Of a stretch of 64,000 bases of DNA, positions 54,159 through 64,000 are shown piece after piece. The notes beneath the pieces are model-generated. The model made no database searches and was not told the DNA's origin. It saw only the letters and a program-made list of their open reading frames with translations. Location: NCBI RefSeq assembly GCF_009914755.1, contig NC_060931.1; one strand, given 5' to 3'. The stretch comes from the human T2T-CHM13v2.0 reference genome, Homo sapiens. The position numbers were made by a program, and so were the translations under genes. Within the stretch, counting starts at the first letter, position 1. Every line of letters starts with the position of its first letter.

Positions 54159-54662
54159 TGTGGCCAAATACCCTATTTTTAAAAGGAAAAAATGATTTTT
54201 TTTCTTTTTCTTTTCCCCCACCTCCTACTCGGTTCTTAATGAAGGCAAATGTAGCCTTTACCTTCTCTCCACCAGGCATGGCAAACTTATCTATGAGTTT
54301 ACTTAGAAGTCCCAGAGACCCTACCTTGAAGCAAACCAGGTGCCTCCAGAACTCTCTTCCACCAGGAGGTAGCCCCAATTTACAACCTGACTCTACCCAC
54401 CTTGGTGCCAACCAGACCACCTGACAGGTAAGACATCCGAAGACCCCGTACCTCCTCACCCCCTCCCCTACATGTCATTCATGCCAAACCCCCTTTAAAA
54501 GCCCCTGCCTTCTTGTCCTGAAGACTGAAGTGGTACCCTCAAGGCAGGAGCCTATAATACCTCCCCTCAGCTACCTCAGGAGTAAAGTTACTTTCTATCA
54601 GATCTCACTATTGTTAATTAGATACTGCAAGGGGTGAGGGATGGGACCTGTGTTTGGTTACA
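54159..54662 (+). mobile_element. ERV solo LTR (LTR47-like)
   Basis: TG...CA termini, ends ggacctgtgtttggttaca; interrupts the L1. Confidence 0.6.
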
Positions 54663-55321
54663 GAACTGTTTTCCAAAGCAGTGGGACTACCAATGTTTAA
54701 GAGTTTCTGTTGTTCCACATCTCACCAGCACTTGATATTATCATTCTTTCCATTTTAGCCATTTTAGGGGCATATAATGGTTTTAATTTGCATTTTCCTA
54801 ATGACTAATGATTTGAGCATCTTTTCATGTTATCTGTCATTTGCACATCTTCTTTGGTGAATTATCTATTCAACTTTTAAAAATTAAATTTAGTGATTTG
54901 TCTTATTGCTGAGTTGTAAGAATTCTTTATATAATCTGGATATAAATTTTGTATTAGATATGTTTTGTAAATATTTTCTCCTAATCTCTGTGCTTTTAAA
55001 TTTTTAACAGTTTTTTTCTACAAAGAATATACATTTTTAATTCTGATGAAGTCTATTTAAAACATTTTTCTTTTAAAATACATGTTTTTCATAAGAAATT
55101 ATTGCTTAACCCAAAAATCACAAAGATTTTTCTCCTGTGTTTTCTTCGTCTGGTTTTATACTTTTAGGCTATTTATAATAATTTTTATGCAGTCTGAGGT
55201 ATGGTTCAAATTTCAATTTTTTACATATGGTTATCCAATTTTTCCAGTACCATTTTTTGAAAAAACTATTCTTTCTCCCTTGACTTACCATTGGCAACTT
55301 TGTTAAAATTAATTTACCCTA

Positions 55322-55681
55322 TGTATTAGTCCATTTTCATGCTGCTGATAAAGACACACCCAAGACTGGGCAATTTACAAAAGGAAGAAGTTTATTGGAC
55401 TTAAAGTTCCACGTGGCTCGGGAGGCCTCACAAACATGGAGGAAGGTGAAAGGCACATCTCACATGGTGGCAGACAAGAGAAGAGAGCTTTTGCAGGGTA
55501 ACTCCCACTTTTTAAAACCATCAGATCTCATGAGACTCATTCACTGTCACGAGAACAGTGCAGGAAAGATCTGCCCCCATAATTCAATCACTTTCCACTG
55601 GGTTCCTCCCATGACATGTGGGAATTGTGGGAGTTGCAATTCAAGATGAGATTTGGGTGGGAACACAGCCAAACCATATCA
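55322..55681 (-). mobile_element. THE1 (THE1B-like) MaLR solo LTR
   Basis: tgtattagtccattttcatgctgctgataaagac...acacagccaaaccatatca; 5-bp TSD CCCTA (55317-55321, 55682-55686). Confidence 0.92.
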
Positions 55682-56287
55682 CCCTATATGGATGAGTCTT
55701 TTTCTAGACTCTATTTTGTTCCATTGATGTTTATAGCAATATCATACTGCCATGATAATTGTGGCTTTATAGGTCTTGAAATCAGGTGCAATGAGTCCCC
55801 CAATTTTGTTATACTCCTTTCCAAACCCCTTTGGCTATTCTAAGTCCTCTGCATTTCCAAACAGATTTTAGAATCCCCTGTCCATGTCTGTGCAAAGGAG
55901 CCTGCTGGGAGTTTGATTGGGATTGCACTGAATCTATAGAGCAATTTAGGTAGAAATGACATCTTAACAACATTGAGTGTTCTGATTAATGAACATAGCA
56001 TATCTTTCCAATTTTAAAGGTCTTTGAAGATGTTTCTGTTCTGTTGTGGGACTGATAGCATAACTGTCTTGCACATATTTTCTTAAATTAATATCTAAGT
56101 ATTTACTGTTTTAATGTTATTTTAAAAGATATTTTAAAATTGTAACTCCCAGTTTTTCATTGTACTACATAGGAAGGCAGTTGATTTTTCTCTATTGGTC
56201 TTCTATCCTGCAGCCTTGCTAAACTCTCTTATTCTAGTTTTATTTTGTAGAGTTGTCAGAATTTTATGCAAACACAATCATGTTTTG

Positions 56288-56430
56288 CTGGGACTACAGG
56301 TGTGTGCCACCATGCCCCGCTAATTAAAAAAAATGTTTTAGAGATGGTGTCTTGCTATGTTGCCCAGGCTACTCTTGAACTCCTAGCCTCTAATCATCCT
56401 CCCACCTCAGCCTCCTGATTAGATGAGATT
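56288..56430 (-). mobile_element. AluJ internal fragment, both ends missing
   Basis: gctgggactacagg...gttgcccaggct...cccacctcagcctcc. Confidence 0.8.
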
Positions 56431-56433
56431 TGT

Positions 56434-56507
56434 GTGCAAAAGTAATTGAGGTTTTTGACATTTTAAAAAGTAATGACAAAAACCACAATTACTTTTGCGC
56501 CAACCTA
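56434..56507. mobile_element. MADE1 (Hsmar1-derived MITE), palindromic
   Basis: gtgcaaaagtaattgaggtttttgacatt...aatgacaaaaaccacaattacttttgcgccaaccta. Confidence 0.9.
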
Positions 56508-56815
56508 GTAAAATAGTAAAAATACTATTGTAATTATAGCATAATTACAGACATTATATAAGTTGACTCAATATAGAAAAGATAACTCCACACTGTAAAG
56601 AAAATATATTTAAATTTAGTTTTTGCTAAAATGATGATAGATTGCATAAAATGTTAAAGGTGTAGATACCATAATTAGTTTACCTATTGTTAAATTGGGC
56701 TTTATCATGGATACAAATAGTGAATCATATCATTATTCTATGGATGACTTCTGGCAAGCCAATTTAAATACAATAGTGAACTTGTTAAGTATAATTTTAT
56801 TTTTCAAAAAAAATA

Positions 56816-57672
56816 TTTATCCATTTTCAATTGGATTGTTTGTCTTTTTTAAAAATCATTTCATTATATATGCAACATCTGTACAACATTTACCCCCCAT
56901 AGATACTGTTAATCTGTTGACTTCTGTATTTGTGGCACATTTTGCCTTTCAAAAATTTTTAATTTCAAAATACTGAGGTATTTTCGTATGTTATTTTACA
57001 TATAATTGGTATTATTGCATTTGTTTAGAAAATCTTCTCTGAAAATAATTTACTGGGTGTTTGCATCATCTTCATTTAGTTTGTAGGTCTTTTGCATATG
57101 CTAGTATGATAGTTATATAGGGAAAAATACATTTCAGTGCATTCTGCTTTTTTTTTTTAGAGACAAGGTCTCGCTTCGTTGCTCAGGCTAGAGTGCAGTG
57201 GCATGACCATAGCTCACTGCAGCTGTAGTCTCAAATTCCTGGGCATGCATAATTTTCCCACCTCAGCCTCCCAAGTTGCGAGGACTGCAGGCATGTGCCA
57301 CCATGCCTCAATTTTATTTTTTATTTTTTTGTATTGACAGGGTCTTACTATGTTACCAAGGCTGGCATCCAACTCCTGGCCTCAAGTGATCCTCTTGCCA
57401 ATTTTAAATAAAGAATCTGGAAGCTACATGTATAAAGTAGGATTGGGGAAAGCCTTTTAAAGTAAGATTAAAAAGCAAAAGGTATGCTGTAAAATAACAT
57501 ACGAAAATACCTCAGTATTTTGAAATTAAAAATTTTTGAAAGGCAAAATGTGCCACAAATACAGAAGTCAACAGATTAACAGTATCTATGGGGGGTAAAT
57601 GTTGTACAGATGTTGCATATATAATGAAATGATTTTTAAAAAAGACAAACAATCCAATTGAAAATGGATAAA
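56816..57672. repeat. Perfect 185-bp inverted repeat (arms 56816-57000 and 57488-57672, spacer 487 bp)
   Basis: Base-by-base reverse-complement identity over 185 nt; also visible as an identical peptide in ORFs 56695-56976(+) and 57512-57724(-). Confidence 0.95.
57148..57399 (-). mobile_element. AluJ, 5'-truncated, inside the inverted-repeat spacer
   Basis: poly(T)-agagacaaggtctc...catagctcactgcag...ctcaagtgatcctcttgcc. Confidence 0.88.
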
Positions 57673-58300
57673 AGATACAAATAGGCAAGTGACAGATGAG
57701 ACAGGAAAAACTGCTTAAATTCACTAGTAGTCAGGAAAATACAAATTAGAGTAAACATGACTCTATAGCCAACAGCTGAAACATATTGCTGGCATAGGTA
57801 TAGGAAACATGTACACTCACGTTGCTGGTAGAAATAGGAAGAGTTATAATCTTTTTGGAAGCAATCTGGCAGCATCCATAACATTTTAAAAATTCATTTG
57901 CCTTAAGATCTAGCAATTCTGCTCCTGGGATAGTGCCATAACATAACTATGTAAGGACACAGGTACAATAATGTTTTTCATAACACTGTTCAGAGTGGCA
58001 AAAAATCTGGATGCAAAGATAATACTTAAAACAGGATGGTTTAATAAATGATGGTATGTCCATACCATGGAATGCTATATAACCCATAAAAAGAACAAAT
58101 TAGAGCCATCAATTAACTTCAGAGATTTTTTCAAAAATTATCGAATAGAAAAGCAGAAAAGCACATGATATGATTTATCCTTTGTAAAAAGGAAAGGTTT
58201 AAAAGCCACTATATGCAAATGTGAATGTGAATATGGGAATCATTACCCTAGTATAAAGAAAATTATATTGAAGATACACAAGGGGTTGTTGACATGGGTG
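57405..58300 (+). mobile_element. Old L1M ORF2 3' region/3'UTR
   Basis: aagacaaacaatccaattgaaaatgg...cactagtagtcaggaaaatacaaatta...ctttttggaagcaatctggca...aataaatgatggtatgtccatac. Confidence 0.8.
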
Positions 58301-60734
58301 AAGGATGAAAGAACTCAATAAGAATAAAAGAAAGTAAAAAAGGGAAGAGCATAGACAAAAAAAAAGGGAGAAACAATCATACAACACTTCCAAAGAAAGC
58401 ATTATGATGTTACCATATTTATGCTTTTGTGTAAATTATATGTGGATTCATATAAAAAGTAATTACAATAGACATAAAATATTTTATATATACATATATA
58501 AATACAATATATAAAGATTTAAAGACCAATAATTGTGTCATAGCAGTGAAATTAGCAGAAATTAAAAAAGAAGAAAACAAACACTAACTTATAAAAGCTA
58601 GGAGTATTAATTAAGGGCAATATGTCCAGGAATCCTCCCATTTGTTTTTTCCCTCTGAGACTGAATGCATCAGTAAATAAATGTTAGAGGGCAAGAACAG
58701 AGGATGAATCAAGTTCATGGAAATATCCTTCATTTTGCCGTTGCTAAGGGCCCTCAACTGGCTGCTCACTACGCTAAGCTAAGGATTTCTCAAATGCTGG
58801 TTCTAACAGGATGCCTGTTAAAATAATCACTTTTGTTTAAGTAATATACTAAAATGTCTTCATACTTAGAAGTCTAAAAAGTTTGCTATTTATTGCATAG
58901 ATTGGGGAGGCAAAAGAAAACACAAAAACAAAAACACAAACACAAAAGCCAGAACAAATAAAACACATTATCTACTTCCCTGGAGATTGCTCCCCATCTG
59001 TGAGTAAAATTACAAGTGAAAGATTTAAGAGTTGGGGCACATACTGATGGGCTGAGTCTACACTGGCTCTTCCTGTCATATAATTCATAAAGAATCAGAA
59101 GGTACTCTCCAGCTAGAAAATCAGCTCTTTTTCCTGAGTTTGTTTTTTTTTTTTTTTAAATAAAGAACTTAGCAACCAATCTACACAGTCATTACAATAA
59201 AGTTTGTTATCCTCTTCTAGGTGGGAAGCTCAGGAAACCTGCCTTTGTGCTCCTATTTCAGAGTTAATAATATTTTTAACTTTTTAGGCCTTCGGGGCCA
59301 CAAAGACAACTCTTTAATCAAGACATATGAACTGACTGATGTGCTTTCTTTTCTTTTGATCTTTATAGAGCTTGTAATTTTATTTTTTAATAATTTCTCT
59401 GTTAACTCAACTCATTATTTATTGCCTGCAATGATTATGAAACTATTTGATCTTCAAAGTACAGAACGATACAGTATCTTTTGAATGACCTTTGCATTTG
59501 GCTTTTTAACCCTTCTTTTTATGTTTTAATTATCTACTAATAACATTTCTATATACAAATGCATTACAAGAACCCACTAGAATGTGGTTAAATTTGAATT
59601 GGAATCCTTCGTTTTACGTGACCAATGGTGCAAAATAATAGAGCTACCTTATCAAAGTCAGCAAAGATTAGTTTGCTATTATCATGTATTTTTCTAACTG
59701 AATATTCCTTTATATAAATTATTCCAACAGTTTCACAAGAACAATAGTACTACAGAAAGAGAATACAATGACTTCTTAAAAGAATTGCCATACTACATTC
59801 CATATTTGGCAGCTATAGATTATTCTTCATTAAATATAAATAAGAATAAAATAAGTTTTATAGAATATCAAATAAGGAATTCTTGCTAATTCAAGCCCAA
59901 ATTGCTTCAGCCTACATGAACCTATATTACAAACCCATATTACAATACCCAGACTACCAGCATTCATATGAATGTAGGGCAGTGAATTGTTTAGAGTCAG
60001 ATCTATTTTTCTTTCTCAATATAGGACATTTTTGTTTTACTAGTACATGGCGGGTGGCAGGGTGCTAACCTATGAATTCTCTGGGCTACAAAGCATGAAA
60101 GGAGTTATGGATCAGAGCACCTGTATGTTTGCTATTAAACATAAAGCTCACATAAAATGTTCTAGGCTATTTTGTGCCTTGTAGAACTTTGAATATTTTT
60201 GTTTATCTTTGTATGTTTTTGAATGTTTGCTATCAATCACCTAAGCCACAATAATTGGAGAACAAAGTTCTCAACTTCCAAGAAATATGCTCAATTATAA
60301 GCCTGACTTTTTCTTTATGAAAGAGAAAAATCAGGGAATGTTCCATTCAGATAGGAAGAGCAGGAAATCATTTTTGATAATGTTTTCAAACTTTAAATGT
60401 AACCCCAAATAATAATAAACAGCATAAAATTGACTTCTATCTCCACTGGGTTCATATGGTATATGTCTGACCCATAAGAAATTGGATTCAAGAGGATAAA
60501 GTGAATCGTTGAAAGATGCAATTTCTCATATTGTTGTGAAGATCTCAACTGAAGAGTCAATCCTCCGTAAATACATCCCCTTGACACCCTGCCATGTAGG
60601 CCAGCTGTTGTCCTCTAAATGTAAATTGTTAAATGATCTAAATCACTTCATGAAACTTTAAAGCCAGACAGAAAACCATAGCAAAAAAGGCAAAAAAAAT
60701 CCAGGATTCAATTTACTTATATCTGAAGAACAAC

Positions 60735-61680
60735 AATCTCGCTCCTTTCCTCCTTAGCGTCCATGCTGGTCCAAGCCACCAACTTCTCCTTCCTGGACTC
60801 TTGCAGTCACCTCCTCACTAGTTTTCATGTCTCTCTTCTCCTCCATCTTTAGTCATTCTCCACACAACAGATCCAACCATGTCATCCTTCTGCCCTACTG
60901 AACATTTTCCAGTGGATTCCCATCACAGTTAAAATAAAATACGAACTGCTTACTTTGGCTTACAAGCCCTGTATCTGAGATTCCCAACCTTAACATTATG
61001 GACATTTTGAGCCAAACAATAGTTAGGAGGTGCTTCTGTCCATTTTACGATGTTGAGTAGTATCGCTGGCTTCCAGAAACTAGAGCTGGTAGCATCCATT
61101 TTGCTATTGTGACAACTAAAAATGTCTCCAAACGTTGCCAAATGTCCAGAGGGTGGGTCGGGGTGGTGGGAGGCGGTATGTGTGGATTGTTCCTTCTGGG
61201 AATTACTGTCTTATACCATCTGGCCATGGCTACACTTTTGGCCTCATCGCCTCTTGCTCACTCCACTGAAACCACACTGGCCTTTTCAATGTTCCTCCAG
61301 ACATACCAAGGGCCCTTCTAAATGTGGCTGTTGCTTCACTTGCTGTTCTCTGCTTGGAATGCTCTTTCTTCAGACTTATTTTCTAACCTAATTTATGTTC
61401 TATATTCCTATTTAAATATCTTCTCTCTATTTAAAATAGCTCCTCCTGTCACACTCTACTCTTCAGCATACTTTTCTTCATAGTATTTCACTACTCCTGG
61501 GTTTATAATCTATCCACTGTTTACCTGATATTTTGTCTGTCTTCCTCACTTAACTGCAAATTCCACGAAGGTAGAGATTTTAGCACTGTCTTCCTGATTC
61601 CTAAAACTGTGCCTGTATGTATTTTCAATACATATTCAATAAATATATACTGACTAAATGGATATTCATTGAATGAGTAT
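60735..61680 (+). mobile_element. L2 interrupted by MER20
   Basis: ctggtccaagccacc...cattctccacac...tggccttttcaatgttcctccagacatacc...tattcaataaatat. Confidence 0.75.
60975..61208 (-). mobile_element. MER20 hAT-Charlie
   Basis: gacattttgagcc...gatgttgagtagtatcgctggc...ttgtgacaactaaaaatgtctccaaacgttgccaaatgtcc. Confidence 0.8.
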
Positions 61681-62816
61681 GGATTCTGGTAGTAGTCCTC
61701 TAGAATACCATAAACAATTAAGGGTTGCTATTTCCCTCATTTCGGTAACAGTTTCATATACTATCTTAAATTGAAAAGGATTTCAGATATCTTCAGGTAA
61801 CACAGTCATTTTATAGATAAAAAATTTGAGGCTTGGAGAGGTTAGTTTGTCAACAGTGCTACACTTACTTTGTGAAAATTAAGTCTAAAAACCAAACCGA
61901 TGACTAACACATTTCAGGACTTCTTTTTATATTCTCCCTTGTGGACATTTTACCCATACTGATGGAAGCTTCATTTACAATTACATTTTTAGAAAAAGTG
62001 GAATTCAATCTGGATACAGATATTGCATATAAGTAATATTATTTAAGAAGGCTATTTGTTGCTATCCTGATTAAGTGAAGACTATTTTGTCTTGCATATT
62101 TAGTAGGAAATTCAATCAGTAACATAACAGATTATTTTTTTAAAAATGATGGCTTAGATTCTGATTACAAACTAAAATATCTCAAAGAAATTTTAGATAT
62201 ATCTGAAGTAGATATAAAGTACAGATATTTGGCAGAATTAGATACATGGCAGAAGTACTATCTGAATGGATTCATTTTACAGACTTTATAGACTGATTTG
62301 CATCAAAGCTATAAGACTATATGAAAGATAAACATTATTGAAAGACACAGTATTTGGATTTGCCACAAGTTATGGTAATTTTAACATGATTAGTAAGGTA
62401 GAATTCTATCAAGTCAACTCAGTCTACATTTATAAAAAAAGATATCTAAAATGTACATGATTTTGGAGGGTTAAGGGGGATTAAAATTTTAAGTATGACA
62501 AAGCTTCTGACCTCAAAAACCTTATGTTTAAGAGATAAGTATAGAAAAAACACCAAAAAAATGTGATAAATGGTAGATTCAAAATATAATAATGATATTA
62601 ACAGCCTACTATTAATTATAGAAAAAATAATAAGTGACAGTAAATTAGGTTTTGTGAAACAAACAAAAAACAGTAATTAAACCCAGATACCTAAAAGCCT
62701 GTACACTTAACTAATGGTCCATACTCCTTTAAAAAAAAAAGATTAATTCTGATTGGGCTGATCCTGATCTGGAAAATTAGAAAAATAAAATATAAATATG
62801 TCATGAATGATAAAAT

Positions 62817-62837
62817 ATATATATATATATATATATA
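62817..62837. repeat. (AT)n microsatellite
   Basis: Direct observation. Confidence 0.9.
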
Positions 62838-62977
62838 GTATCAAGGGTTCATGTTGGAAAAACCCTGAGTTCTTTGGTTTGTCTGAAATGTGGTTTAATG
62901 GAAACCACCAAACGTAGGTTGTAGGTTGGGGATGGACCGTAGAGAGACTTTAATATCAATCTAAAGAGTACAGACTC

Positions 62978-63337
<360 letters not shown>

Positions 63338-63569
63338 TTAATAAAAAAAGTGACAAGATTATACTTAATTATCCTTCTGAAACTAGCAGCCTGAGGGCCA
63401 AATGGACTCAGCTGAACAGCCAGCGACTGATGAAAGCCATTCTTCAATAAATTCAATACAATTAGGTTCCCCCAGAGTGGCACCCTTGCTTGCCACACAC
63501 ACCAGGCTAACACTGATTACGGGGCAATATTTGAGTATACGTGGTATGTGGCTGTGTATTTCTTTTGGG

Positions 63570-64000
63570 TAAATTTTATTGTGGTAAAAGCACTTACCAT
63601 GAGATATACTCTCTCAACAGATTTTTAAGTGTAGGATACATTATTGTTGAGTATAGGTACAATGTTATATGTCAGATTTCTGAATTTCTAGATCTTATTC
63701 ATCTTGCTTATCTGAAACTTTATGCCTGCAGATTAGTAACTCTTCATTTTCCCCTCTGTAAACTCCTGGCAACCACCATTCTACCCTTTGATTCCATTGA
63801 TTTGACTATTTTAGATACCTCATGTAAGTGAAATCATGTAATATTGGTTCGTCTTTGTGTGACTAGCTTATTTCACTTAGCATAATGTCCTCAAGTTCAT
63901 CCACGTTGTTGCATATTGCAGGATTTCCTTCTTTTTAAGAATAGTATTCCATTGTATGTCTACACAACATTTTCTTTATCCATTCACCTGCTGATTGACA
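63570..64000 (-). mobile_element. L1MA 3' end
   Basis: ttttattgtggtaaaa...catgagatatactctctcaac...tttgactattttagatacctcatgtaagtg...atttcacttagcataatgtcctc. Confidence 0.85.

Larger units (their letters stand above)
53095..56286 (-). mobile_element. Antisense L1M (MB/MC-type) carrying nested insertions
   Basis: Continuous antisense L1 3'UTR/ORF2 motifs resume after each nested element (e.g. aaactgttttccaaag, gattgcactgaatctataga). Confidence 0.8.

Noticed and set aside
56695-57724. Two ORFs (56695-56976+, 57512-57724-) sharing an identical ~50-aa peptide, like a duplicated gene
   Set aside because: A by-product of the 185-bp inverted repeat read in antisense L1 sequence; no splice, promoter or homology support.

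Overview
This is AT-rich primate (almost certainly human) genomic DNA, mostly intronic. The only coding sequence I can support is one 103-nt internal exon on the minus strand (46928-47030), translating as (R)[35 protein letters not shown] recognise this as IMMP2L, mitochondrial inner membrane peptidase subunit 2 (7q31.1, usually called exon 5). The rest is the two flanking introns, densely filled with Alu, L1, L2, MIR, MaLR/ERV LTRs, DNA-transposon fossils and microsatellites. Subfamily names are from recall of consensus sequences and need RepeatMasker/Dfam confirmation. I see no evidence of a new multi-gene system. The most unusual feature is a 185-bp, 100%-identical inverted repeat (56816-57000 / 57488-57672) built from otherwise old, decayed L1 sequence and surrounded by abruptly truncated elements. 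Other points of interest are several local tandem-duplication and hairpin scars, a very young AluYa insertion, a THE1 LTR carrying a DUX4 motif in the gene's sense orientation, a MADE1 (miR-548-type) hairpin and a cryptic acceptor 22 nt upstream of the exon.
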